Below are positions 1-12,183 of a stretch of 64,000 bases of DNA, piece by piece (the stretch's first letter is position 1; every line of letters begins with the position of its first letter). The position numbers and the translations under genes are program-made. The DNA is taken from contig OZ004609.1 of assembly GCA_963924565.1 (NCBI GenBank), positions 12,462,001 through 12,526,000 on the forward strand. Direction: 5' to 3'. Below the pieces are notes generated by a model. That model saw only the letters and a program-made list of their open reading frames with translations. It did not search any database and had not been told where the DNA came from. The DNA is from Ascidiella aspersa (Eukaryota).

Positions 1-89
1 GTACAACAGAGATTTCACTGACCCTCGCTCGTCGAGGCAACGCGCAGATACTTTAAGGTTGGCACGCATTCTATCACAGAGGCTATTGG

Positions 90-3000
90 CTGTAAAAAAG
101 CCATCTCGCCGTCAAACATGGCATAAACCTGACAAAAAAAGTGAATGGCTGTGCTTTTACCACCGCCTCTTTGGAGATAAAGCCCGATAATGCTGTCCAC
201 CTTGTACATTTCAGGGAAACGATCAAGCCTTTTTTAGGTTTTTGACAAACCAACTGGCTGCAATTTCTGGTTAACGCAGGTGCTGAATTAGGCGTTCTGC
301 CAGCAACGACAAAGGAACGGCGAGTACAACAACAAGGACCTGATTTGATAGCAGCAAATTGAAGCACTATCCGCACATACGGCACGCGTGTTATTTCCCT
401 CAAGCTGGTTTCAGGCACACTTTGTTGAAAATTTATTTTAGCGAATGGCTCCCGCCCGCTCTTTGGCGTTGATTTTCTCAGAGCTCCCTCATTATTGGGG
501 GAACTGCGGCGCCGACGCCTTGTAAATGCTATGTTGTCCACTAGAATCGCCTTGCACACAGCGTCACAAGCGCCTCAAGGATTGTACACAGTAGCAAAGT
601 TGAAAAGTCGCTACAATGACATAATCATGGAGTTTCCTCAGATTTTCTGTACAAGCTTTTTGCAAACCTTGACGAAACATGGTGTGGACTTCATATTCTT
701 ACCACAAGACCTTCGATTCACGCTAGAGCACCAAGACTGCCACCAGAAAAATTGCAACTTGCAAAAGCTGAATTCAGCAAAATGTTGGAAATGGATTTTA
801 TTCGGCGTTTCGCAAACTGTTGGTCATCGATCACCCTTGACCTTGTGGCGATTATCGTCGACTTAAGTCACAGAACCATCGCTACGCAATTCCTCATATA
901 CAAGATTTTTCTGCGCGCTTGTCTGGCGCAAATGTATACTAGTTTTCAAAAGTTGATCTAGTACGCTGGTATCACCAGGTTGGAGTGGCACAGGGGCACA
1001 AAAAGATATTCCCAAGACCGCAAACATAAGTCCATTTAACTTATTTGAATTTATACGAATGACTTTCGGGATCAAGAACGCAGCGCAGGCATTTCAGCGT
1101 CTTATGGATACGGTTTGCCAAGACCTGACATTTGTCTTCGTCTACATTGATCATTGATGATGGCCAGCTCATCTCAGGGGCGCCCGCAGAAAATTTTCCA
1201 AGGGGGGGGGGGGCAATCAGGGGCGTAACCAGAAAATCAAAAACGGGGTCCTGAATTTTCAACTTAAGGAATTCCCCTATTTTTCGTCTGACGTTCATTA
1301 ATAATGACGTCATAAAACAGTGACAGTATGACGTTATAGAAATGTGATTGCAAGACATGATAAAAAAAAACTCAGAAACAGCAAAATACGTCCAACAAAA
1401 GCGAGCACGTGCGTCGTCGATAATCCTGTCAGATGCTAGCTGCGAACCCACAGTGTGTGATTAAATTTTGGTAAAATCATACATAATTCGACTATCAGCA
1501 GCGCAGTTTTCAAGTTCCATGAACGGAATTAGTGCTAAATTACAAGCATGCCTTTCTCCACGTGCAATAATAAACGAAGATAGTTTTTCCCGGGTGTTAT
1601 TATGCCACGATTAGCGCAACATCTGCGCCGAGCTGTTTGCCAAATCAGCTAAATTACAAGCTGCCTTTGAGGGGAAATAAGTTGTTTCCAGTGCACACTT
1701 AGCACGTGGTAAGAGTATGCCTAAAGAGCATAATTTTGCGTTAACTATCATTGCTTAAAAATGTAGACTTTGAAACGCGCACGACAGTCACCATTATATC
1801 TCCTTTTAAGAATCTGCTTCAGTTAAACCAATGTCGATGTTACACCAACATCGGATATTAGCGCAGAGACCGAATGACGAGGAACATACTGCGTATAACT
1901 CGACGTTTTTTAGCGAGAAAAAAAGAAAGAAGGTTTGACTTAGCGTTGTCAATTGTCGAATACACATTTGCTAATCAGTCAACCTAAACCACCGGTTCCT
2001 AACCATTGGGCTATGGTTCACTGGTGGGCCATAAGAACATTAAGGTGGGCCGCAGACCAATGTAAAAAGCTAGATTTAGTTTCATTTGTGTCATTTATTT
2101 TATTTTACAGGAATAATGGCTTGGAGAGGAATTACAAAGGAATGTAAATTTATTATTCAGTCGCAAGTATCTCACTAATGCACGGTTGAATAAATAATCT
2201 GTTTTGAAATATGTTCTGCTGTGTTTTGTTCTAAACCTTTTTTAAAGTTTTTTTTTTCATAAAAATTCTATTGGGCCACAGAATCTTTTGCAACGTAAAT
2301 GGACCACGAAAGAAAAAAGATAAAGAACCATTTATCTAAACAAATAACGAAAGAGACACCCGATCCTTTAGAAATTAGTGCATATCTAAACAAAAAGGTC
2401 TACGACAATTATGCATTCAAAGGATCAAAAAGTCCGACTTTTAGACTTTGAAGTCTCGGACAATGCACTAGTTCGACTTAACGATGTGCTCCAAAAGATT
2501 AAGTTTAATAATACTTGACCTATCTAAACCCAAACGCTAACCAGCACCCTAACCAAAATAATGTGAATTGAATTAACAATTACATCAACGCTTTAGGCTC
2601 CAATACCTCAATTTGTGACTTAACAATCCTATGGTACCATAGACCAGCGTTTTGCGCTCGATTTTGGTTTCGCATTAGATTAAGACGCGTGACCCAATTA
2701 CTTAAAAAGCACGCCGCTTCGAGCAGTTTGTTAAACCATGAAAAAAACGAACAAAAAACGATAATATCACTTACAATAGGGGGGTAAGAAAGAATGGAGT
2801 AGCACCACGTCCTCAAAAGATAGAACTCATCAGATAATGTCCTGTACCATCTACCATCAAAGGACTGCACGAATTAGCGGGAATGAACCAGTTTTATCAT
2901 CGCTTTATTACAGTCTGCAGCCAAAGTTATGAAACCAATTTATGAAGCCCTGGCTGGAAAACCAAAAACGGCATTTTTTAATCGGCATTTTCTGCAGCCA

Positions 3001-4300
3001 AACAGGCTCTCGCCAATGCTTGTTTGTTAACCCATCCTGAGGCAAATGCGCGCACAGCACTTACAGTGGATGCTTCGGATAAAGCTATTGGCGGCGTTTT
3101 GGAATAGTACATTGATGGTGTTTGGAAACAGTTAGCATTTTCAGTCGTTATTTGCGGCCAACAGAAACGAGGTACAGCACGTTCGTAAGAGAACTACTTG
3201 CCCTTAACCAGGCGGTCCGATATTTTCGGTACCTTTTAGAAGGGTGTAGGTTTACCGCATTTACCGACCACAAACCTTTAACCTTCGCGTTTGCAAAAGC
3301 ATCATATCCATGGTCTACGCGGCAACAACGACATCTTTCTGTAATTGCTGAGTTTACTACGGATGTACAGAATATTGGTAAAAACAACTGTGTGGCCGAT
3401 TCACTTTCTCGCTTGTCGTCCATAAATCCTCGTCAAAATGATGTACTTAACATATACTACGCATCTTTAGCTGCGGAACAACAATTTCCGGAAGTTGAAG
3501 CTTACACAACAGCTTTCTATGGCCTATATATCGAACCAATTCCGCTTGGCTAGTCAAGAGTTGTTTTATTATGTGGTACGTCCACCGGACATCCCCGTCC
3601 CTTTATACTACAACGTTGTCAGCGCAAACTTTTTGACGTCAAACATGGCTTATCGCACTCGTCTATTCAGACCACTAGAAAAATCATATCCTGAAAATAT
3701 ATTTTGCACGGCTTCCACAAACAAGTCGGTTGGTGGGCAAAGCAATGCAACTCCGCTGGTAAGGTATGCAGATCCAGGTAAGCGTTTCGATCATGTGAAC
3801 ATTGATATTGTTGATCTCCTGCCTTCATGTAAAGTTTACAGCTTTCTATTAACAATGGTGGATAAATTTAAACGTTCGCCGGAAGCTATCCTGATGCCAT
3901 ACGCAACGACCGTTACTTGTACACGTGCATTTATTAGCAACTGGGTAAACCGCTCCGGTGTTCCCGCGGACATTACATCAGATCGTGGCGCCCTGTTCAC
4001 TTTTCAAGTAGGCCTATAATTAACACACTCGGTGTGAAAATTCATCGCACCACTTCTTATCATCCCTAGTCAAATGGACTCATCGAGAGATTCCAACGCC
4101 ATCTAAAGTCTGCGTTGATGGCCCGCCTAAACGGACTCAACTGGTTGATTAACATCCATGGGTGCTACTGGGCATACAGACCGCTCCAAAGGAGAACCTA
4201 CACACGTCGTCGGAAGAACTGGTATATGCTACCCTACCCGCAGTTCCGGGAGATTTACCAGGTGTACCATCTGCACCAAGCTCCGCGCCTTGCAGCTATT
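90..4300 (+). mobile_element. Decayed Ty3/Gypsy LTR retrotransposon internal region (gag end, protease, RT, RNase H, integrase), probably CsRN1-like clade; interrupted by a MITE composite at 1176-2786
   Basis: Frame-hopping translation gives the gag CHCC box WLCFYHRLFGDKAR*CCPPC (~146-210), protease FLVNAGAELGVLP (~264-305), RT KTA...GLFEF.RM.FGIKNAAQAFQRLMD...VFVYID (~1010-1150), thumb (2787-2910), RNase H VDASDKAIGGVL and TETRYSTFVRELLA..FTDHKPL (3065-3420), and integrase RFDHVNIDIV, ITSDRG, GLIERF (3780-4110). Many stops and frameshifts. Confidence 0.92.
1176..2786 (+). mobile_element. Composite non-autonomous DNA element (CAGGGG-ended, nested MITEs) inserted in the Gypsy RT; right end deleted
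   Basis: Starts caggggcgcccgcagaaaattttcc immediately after the RT YID region. Colinear with a second copy at 10215-10734. Contains extra nested inserts (~1990-2335, ~2360-2580). Confidence 0.8.
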
Positions 4301-4689
4301 CAGAGGCAGTACGTCACTTGAAGCCAACACCCGTGGCATGACATACGGTGCGCTATAATTGAACTTGCTTTACCAAAGCGTTGATGAACGTGACCAGTTA
4401 CTAGAAAGGGGTCAAATGGTTAACGAAACATAAGAGAATACGTTTGCGAACCGTTGGCGAACAAGCTTACCCAGACGGCGGCGACAAGCCTATAATATAA
4501 AATGAGGTTATGTATGGTTATACTGCGCGGCTTGAGCGACAGAACACTCGCCACTGCCTAAATGGGATGACAAAGGAAAAAGCTACAGCAGACCGAAGAG
4601 TCGATATTTTATCTAACTTCACCTATTTTAGTAGCCTACATTTCAAAATCTGGCTATTTAAAATCTGGGTATTGGCAATTTCCGATGGA

Positions 4690-6325
4690 TAAGACTTCCG
4701 CGAAAAGGACCGCTTTCGCGAGCCACATGGGTATGTTCGAGTTCAATGTGATGCCAATGGGTCTTTGCAATTCCGCTGCTGGTTTCCAGCGACTAATGCG
4801 TATTGTTTCGAATGGCATAGAACGGCAAGAAGTACTCGCTTATTTTTGATGATATCATTGTGTATGGGCGCACCATTCAGGAGCATACGGAGCGACTGAA
4901 GGGCGTGCTAAAACGATCGACGCGGGCCTGACACTCAAGCCCAAGAAATGCGCTCTTTTCAATAAAAAGGTAAAGATTTTAGGCCACATATAAATAAAAA
5001 ACAGCTTTTCTGGTAAATATATTTTTAGGCCACATTGTTTCTGCCGAATGGTGTTTTGTGTGACCCCGAAAAAATTGCTGGAGTAAAATCACGGCCGGTC
5101 TCGAAGAATACAAAGCAAATACGACAGTTCGTTGGTTTAACGTCTTATTACCGCAAGTTCATACGTGATTATGCCAACATAGCTGCACCGCTTCATCGTC
5201 TAAAAGAAAAGTTTAGGCCATTTGCATTGTCGGACGAGTGTCAGACAAGCTTTGCCAAACTGAAATCTTTTTTGATAAAATAACCAGTCCTTTACTACCC
5301 TGATTTCCAGAAGCCTTTCGTAGTAGACACCGACGCGTCTGATTTTGCCATTGGATGTGTGTTAGCGCAGTGGCAAGAGGGAAAAGAACACGTTATAGCC
5401 TATCGCAGCAGAACTAAAACAGGACGAAATTATTCCACCACGTGCAAAAAATTATTAGCGGTCGTTTATGCCACCAAGGTATTTCGCTGCTACCTCCAAG
5501 GCCAAGGGTTTACTTTGCGGACTGACCACGCTTCTCTTAATTGGCTATATCAGTCCAAGGACCTCTATGGCCAGTATGCGTTATCGGTCCAGCACCTGTC
5601 GCAAAACGATTTTAATCTAATACATCGTCCGGGTGTCAAACATAAAAATGCACATGCTCTTAGATGAATAGGCGAAGAGCAGTTGACCGACGCGCCGAAA
5701 GTTGCTACTGTCGATGTTCGTGCCTCTAGTGCAGACCTGGGCAACATACGGTCCACCAAGCGAATTACTCCGGCCCGCGGCCTTTTCTACATGTTTGGCT
5801 CAATCGTACACACTCTTTCCGGGGAAGGATCTAGTCGTGAACCCTTTATTTTTATCTTGTTTTAAATACTAAAATTGACATTGCTTTTCGCCCTTCGCTT
5901 CGCCCGAATCTCTTCTGTGTTTCTCGTAAATTCCACGCGATTGTTTGGCATCGTTCCAGATAAAGGTCCTTTGCTCTGTGGCATACTCCCCAACGAAAAT
6001 TTAACAAACTTAGCCTAGTATTTATTTTTCGAGCTTCGGTTGAATGTATTCCGTCTTTAAAATATGAAAAAAATATCGGCCGTTTTCTAAACTGTAAAAC
6101 AATATGACGTCATATTGATTGTATTTGAGATCCTATTTTTGACAGACTCGCCACAACATAAGAAACCCTCAAAAACACCAAAAGCCCCCTTGGTACCATC
6201 TTGCGAAGAACCCTTTAGAAAGGTAGAAATCGACATCATTGGACCACTAACTTTAACACGCCACGGATACCAATGTGTCCTCGTGGTCTGTGATGTGTTT
6301 ACCAAATATGTCCGATCATGGCCCC
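4690..6325 (+). mobile_element. Second decayed Ty3/Gypsy pol fragment (RT, RNase H, start of integrase), different family from the first
   Basis: TAFASHMGMFEFNVMPMGLCNSAAGFQRLM and DDIIV (~4705-4865); RQFVGLTSYYRKFI (ORF 5035-5283); VDTDASDFAIG and TLRTDHASLNWL (5320-5667); EPFRKVEIDIIGPL..LVVCDVFTKY (ORF 6115-6354). Confidence 0.9.
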
Positions 6326-6767
6326 TTCTGACGGTGTGTTCATCATTATGGTAGACCCAGCACAAGGGCAACTACACATGTCTAAATTCGGAAAATGTTG
6401 TGGTAGGATTGATTCTAAACTTGCGCACGTCAATGCAATTTCGTATGAAGGCGGCCGTAGATATTCCAGCAAAATTACCCTCAAAGAATGGAGACTGTAA
6501 AGAAAGGCTAATGCACAAAGCCCTCATAGTTACATTTTAGGAATAGAATAAGGTTACTCCAAGACTCGACCAGTGTTTCTGTGCTGCCACCTAGTGACAA
6601 GTATTTTGTAATATAGGGTACGCTAAGAGTTCCGCTAGGCATCGCACCATGCATATAGGGATTCATTTTTGCTCTCGCTGTACAGAAGAGGGTCGGCTCT
6701 TTCTGACGATGTGTTCATCATTAGAGTAGACCCAGCACAAGGGCAACTACACATGTCTAAATTCGGG
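6324..6767 (+). repeat. ~68-bp direct repeat pair (6324-6391 and 6700-6767)
   Basis: ttctgacg.tgtgttcatcatta..gtagacccagcacaagggcaactacacatgtctaaattcgg is present twice, near-identical. Confidence 0.9.
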
Positions 6768-7601
6768 CAAAATGCAAATATAAATGACCGTGAACCTGCA
6801 ATAAAATACGCCAGGTGCCGCCACTTGCAAGGAAATACCCCCTGTGCAAATTTATAGGGAAAATGCTTTTACCTAAAGTTGGGAAGAAAAAGCCAGCCTA
6901 AGGTAATACTGAAGCAAGGTTATTTCTTGAAATTATCTCAGTAATAACAGACACCTAAAATTGTACCTCTTTATCAAATTCTTGATATCGGGACTTTAAT
7001 GTCTAAACAAAATCATTAGACCCTGAAGCAAATTTGTCGCCTTATTGAAAGTCATTTTGCTACTACAGTGCCGGACTAGTTCTAGGCCTATGAGACCGTT
7101 CCATTACGACTTTTTGATGAAGGTGAATAGCACAGCACATCGCGTACAAAAAAAGATCGAAATCTTCTGAATAAGGCGTAAATCTGCCGGAATACGTCCT
7201 AAATTTATTCGAATAGGCCTAAATATCTGAAATTTCCTGAAACTATGGTATGGGACGATCGGGCGCCGTCGGTCAGGCATCCACCGTTTTGGTTTGGACG
7301 GCCTAGTTTGACCGGTGCCGTTAGAGCTTCGCTGTTTCAGCACAGGATATTTGGTTTTGGGTTAATGGTAGGTAATGCTGGGAATATAAAACGGTTTAGG
7401 GTTATTAGGTAATTTAGTGATGTTGCCTATACTTGGGGTGGGGTTTTGGGTTAGGTAAAGTATTGTTTATAGGCCGGATTCTGACCTATAGATCTTATTA
7501 CGACGGATTTAGGACTTATTGCAATATAGACGGGATTACGACTATAAGGTATTAGTCCTATTTTGGTCTTATGGCTGGAGTCCGTGGTGATATCTCTAGA
7601 A

Positions 7602-7987
7602 CAGCGGTTCCCAAACTTTTCTAAAAAATTTGCTTGGTGGACCCGTTGCAATTGTTTTGATGTTTTGCGGCCCTATAAAAAATTAAGGGTCAGTTGACCT
7701 ATTTTTTCTTGTAGTGCAGTCGCGATTCTTTCTAAAGTAACAACTTTATAACCAAGGCGAACGATTCGCTTACAACGGGTAGGCCTAGTACAGTATAATA
7801 GATGATTTGTGATGTTACAAGAGACATCATAAAACACGCTATATGACCGAATTATAAAGTATAACTAAAGAAAATGATGATGACAGATAAATGTTTAAAA
7901 CATAGACTAATGTTTAACAACTTAAAGACTAATTCTCCTTGCGGACCCTTTGAAACTGCTGTACGGACCCCAGTTTGGGAACCGCTG
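7602..7987. mobile_element. hAT (Buster/Charlie-like) MITE
   Basis: TIR cagcggttcccaaact / agtttgggaaccgctg; perfect 8-bp TSD ctctagaa. Confidence 0.9.
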
Positions 7988-8533
7988 CTCTAGAATATAA
8001 CTTCTTATACAAATATAACATCGGTTGGTCTTATTAAATTGTTAGCGGTGAGCCTATTTTGTTGGTGGGCCTGGGGCTGCAGCCCCCTCTGCCCCCGCCT
8101 TAATCCGCCCCTGCCATTTGTGCATCTAAGTTGTTAAGGTAGAACATTTTCGGCCCTTATTTGTTTTTACTTGCAAACACAAGTCAAGGAAAAGTTTTGG
8201 TGGGTGTATTTGTCTATAGCAAGGGTCTCAAACTCAAAATACTCTAAGGGCCAAATAAGAACGTGTAAAATGCCGTAGGGCCTCAATTCACAATGAAATT
8301 TCAACCAACAAGAATATTCACATATTAGGAACACAATTAAAGATAAAGGCGACTGATGATCTAGGCTAGTTTTTTATTTGTTCTGGCTACGTAACTGACA
8401 GCGTTTTTCATGAACAAGGACCTCGATATTGGGCTTCAACCTTCAACTTGTCAGCAGAACCAAACAACTTCTTTGTTTGCAAAATGCTGATTTCAGATGT
8501 TTAACTTTTTCGTTTCTTACTTTGCCCTGATAA

Positions 8534-8821
8534 TGAACGAAAGACACACACAAACATATGTGTTTAATAACATCTGTGATCTAGCCCCTCGGAAGTTGCT
8601 TTATGACCAACGATTACGGCTTCCGTATAAATAGTACACCGAAAAGCCATCGCAGACTCGCCGAATCTGTCGATCTATGATGCAAGCAGAGAAAGCCAGA
8701 AAAACAACTGGCCTGCAGTGAGGTTCGAACTCACGACCTCCGGTCAAGCCGGGACCGTCGCTCTACCAACTGAGCTATGCAGGCTCAGAGAGGAGCGAGT
8801 CGAGAAACAACCATGCGCCAA
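8534..8821 (-). mobile_element. ~290-bp tRNA-containing insertion (SINE-like) flanked by a 16-bp direct repeat
   Basis: tactttgccctgataa at 8518-8533 and 8822-8837 brackets the insert, which contains the tRNA-like cloverleaf. Confidence 0.7.
8711..8784 (-). tRNA. tRNA-like gene or pseudogene with atypical anticodon arm (nominal GGC/Ala if a 7-nt loop is used)
   Basis: Minus strand reads GCCTGCA-TA-GCTC-AGTTGGTA-GAGC-GA-CGGTC-CCGGCTT-GACCG-GAGGTC-GTGAG-TTCGAAC-CTCAC-TGCAGGC. All four stems pair perfectly, A and B boxes are intact, and T5 lies 6 nt downstream. Lacks U33 and purine 37. Confidence 0.65.
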
Positions 8822-10214
8822 TACTTTGCCCTGATAAGTATCATAATTATCGCCGTGGATTGTTTCGAAGTGCCGAAGCATGTCGCATGCTATACTACTT
8901 CATAACAGCTATCATTTGCTGGCAAATAAGGCAATGACTTGTATCTCTGTCTGCGTTAACAAAAACCCAACGTTATTGTTACTGTACAGAAGTGAATAGG
9001 CAATGTGACGTAATAGCACATCTGGCACGGCATAAATACTAGCGTTTGAAGGATATGTGATAGTGAAGTTGGATGAGTAGTTTCAGGTTTTTGGAACAAT
9101 TTTAGAGTAAATTTTTACTTTTCAAGTCTGAAAAAACACATGTGGCACTGAATAATGTCAAATACTTAAAAATTGAAATTTTCGACACGGGCCGCGTGTT
9201 TGAGACCCCTGGTCTACAGACTTATTTGTCTATTCCACCATGATTTTTGGACGGGGTGGCTTTCTCCACGCTTTCAGGATCAGAGGGTGGACATTTCCAC
9301 AATACATTAATTTGTATCCTAATAATACCAGACATGACGTCGTTATGACGCCATACTTTAAACTATGTAAAATATACTAAATAAAATAATAAATCGCCAT
9401 TGCTTATATTAGGCCTACTATATGTCCTCTTTTAGGAGGATTGGTCCTATTTTTTTAAGAAAACTGAATGGTCCTCCGAGGACGCTCAAAACTGCCCACA
9501 TGTGCTATTTTTTCGCATTTTGATTTAGTTGCTTATACTTTCAACAAGACTTTTCGGCGAGACATACTATTTAATTCTCAAAAAATACTGTAGCCATGAA
9601 ACATGCTGAATTGCTGGTTTAAAACAGGTTTTCCAACAAATTGCACTACCAGCCCTACCATTTTGACTGGTATTGCAAACATTTGTTGCACTGCGTCAGA
9701 AAATAACAACAGAACCTCACATGTGAAAAGGCCGATTAATAAGGAAAAGATGTGAGTTTTGTTGGCCTAGCACCTACTATCAATGTTACTGTATGGTAGG
9801 CTATGCTATTTCTTACGGAATTCTTATTTCTGTCTATATATAGTCTATAACAGCGGTTCTTTACCGGGGGCGCGCCCCCTGGGGACGCCAAGCAATTCTT
9901 AGTGGGCGCGAGCTTTAAATAATATTTATTTTTCTACAATGATTCTAATGGTTTCGTTTGGGTTGTATACCACTCCTACAGCGCTGTACAAACTCTATTT
10001 TTCCAACTTTAACATTGAAACGGCAGCAAATTTTCGCGTTACGCGCGAATATTATGTTATCCACTTTTGTTAACTTTTTTTAGCACAAAATCTCTTTTAA
10101 GTGCGATTGCATGTTTGTATATCATCGAAAGTATACCGACCCTATTTAATTACAATTTTTGCTAATCCACCGTTCGAACTTTTTTTTTTATCATATTTTA
10201 TATATGATCACAGG

Positions 10215-10734
10215 CAGGGGTGCCCGCAGAAAATTTTCCAGGGGGGAGCAATCAGGGGAAAATCAAAAAGGGGGGTCCTGAATTTTCAACTTAGGGAATT
10301 CCCCTTTTTTGTCTGACTTAATGAATAATGACGTCATAAAATAGTGACAGTGTGACGTCATAAAATGGTGATTGCAAGACGTGATAAAAAAACTAATCAG
10401 AAGCAGCCAAATACGTCCAGCTAAAGCGACCACGTGCGTCGTCAACAACTTCAAGCAAAAAAAACAAATTATAGAATACACACTTGCTAATAAGTCAACC
10501 TAAACAAATAACGAAAGAGAACAACTTCCAGCGTTTACGGTCGACCAAACAAAAGACGAAAAACGGCGTATTGCACTTGATTTTGGTTTCGCATCAGATT
10601 AAGACGCGTGACCCAATTACTTTAAAAGCACGCAGATTCGAACAGTTTTTTAAACCATGACAAAAACGAACAAAAAACGATAATATCACTTACAAAAAGA
10701 GGGTAACAACTCCCGCCGCCTGGATACGCCCCTG
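10215..10734 (+). mobile_element. Composite MITE, shorter copy of 1176-2786; inner element 10253-10734
   Basis: Inner element cagggg...gatacgcccctg is flanked by the 8-bp TSD ggagcaat (10245-10252, 10735-10742). Sequence is colinear with 1176-1420 and 2650-2786. Confidence 0.85.
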
Positions 10735-11904
10735 GGAGCAATGGATAATGTACAATATTTTTAACCTCCATATACATATTGCACTTATAATAATACTAAT
10801 AATCGCATTTTGAAATCCCCCCCCCCCCCTAACATATAAGTATCCTTGTTTCAGAAAAGGGCGTATTAATTCCGAAACTGAATTCATTACTTGTGGATAT
10901 AGAACGTTTTTCTCAAACGTAACAATTCGACTTTCGTTTTACTTGCAGGCAAAAAAATGTCCTCTTTTTGGGCGCTGCAATTATGCAATTATGTAGCCCT
11001 AGCTTATATATATTGTTAAAAGCGAACATTTTGCAAACATCGTAATATATTGTTAGTCTGTGCCACTGAGATTTTCGTTTAAAGTTTCTTTTTGAACATG
11101 TTTGCATAAATCACTTACAATGGTGCACTACAAACCAAGCTTTCCACAATAACGTTCCACAGTTGTGCGCGTTCCGCAGTTTCGACACGAGGCTTAGATG
11201 ACCGTACGTCATAACAAGTTAAGTTAAACAGGAGTTTTTCACAGGTTGCCGCGGCACACAAGTGTGTCTCGTTTAATAACTTCGGTACTTCTTATTAATT
11301 TTAAAAACAACCTCATTCTATTCAAAACAGATATGCCAACAAGGGTGCGACTTGAATGCACAATGTATCCATCAGTTAACTGATAGCATTAATTTTCCCC
11401 CTATACTGTCTTGCGAGGTAGGATTGATTTCAAGTTATAAAATTGTTGTTTAGTAGAAAGTTTTTTTTTACTAACATGTTCTGGATTAACCTGTAATGGT
11501 AAAAGGTGTTTTGTTTTTCTCAAAAGATTTTTCACTAATTGGTATTTGCCAAATCCGATATATTTCGTGAACATTCAGTGATATAGCCTTTTCAGGGCTG
11601 CGGAGTCATTTAAAACAAACCGACTCAGACGGAAAAAGTAATCGCGAGTTTAACTCTAGCCTTCCAAATCCCGAGTCCGACTCCAGCCAATTTAACCAAC
11701 TCGACTCGTTGAGTCCGGTGTTTTGCTCCTACCCAACAGCCTTGTATTACACCCATCCACGTAATTAAAATGAGGTACATCATTTGACTCAGAGTAGTGT
11801 CATAACATGATTACATATATGCGGAAAACTCTACACTCTTTGCTATCCAACCAAGTTATTTTGCTCAGCTGTATCTTAGGGTTTGTAGGTTTAGAATTTT
11901 AGAT

Positions 11905-12183
11905 CAATGGTTCTCAACCTTTTTTTTCGTTGCTCATTTACGTTGCGAAAAAATTTTGTGGCCCAAAACACAGCAGAACATATTTCAAAACAGATTAATT
12001 ATTTATTCAACCGTGCATTAGTGAGATACTTGCGGCTGAACAATAATAAACTTGCATTCCTTTTTAATTCCTCCCAAAGCCATTAATCCTGTAAAATGAA
12101 ATATAGAGACACATTGGTCTGTGGCCCACCTCAAATGTTCTTATGGCCCACCAGTGCCATGGCCCACTGGTTGAGAACCGCTG
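11905..12183. mobile_element. hAT-like MITE; inverted copy of the element at ~1990-2335
   Basis: caatggttctcaacc / ggttgagaaccgctg; TSD ttttagat/gtttagat; internal ttattcaaccgtgcattagtgagatacttgcg is the reverse complement of 2162-2195. Confidence 0.85.

Larger units (their letters stand above)
8220..9211. mobile_element. hAT-like MITE hosting a tRNA-like insertion
   Basis: TIR caagggtctcaaac / gtttgagacccctg; TSD gtctatag/gtctacag. Confidence 0.85.

Noticed and set aside
83-559. 158-aa minus-strand ORF
   Set aside because: Antisense to the decayed Gypsy gag/protease; no independent support.
8527-8545. ctgataatgaacgaaag as a hammerhead core
   Set aside because: Core is CUGAUAA rather than CUGANGA and no stem II forms.
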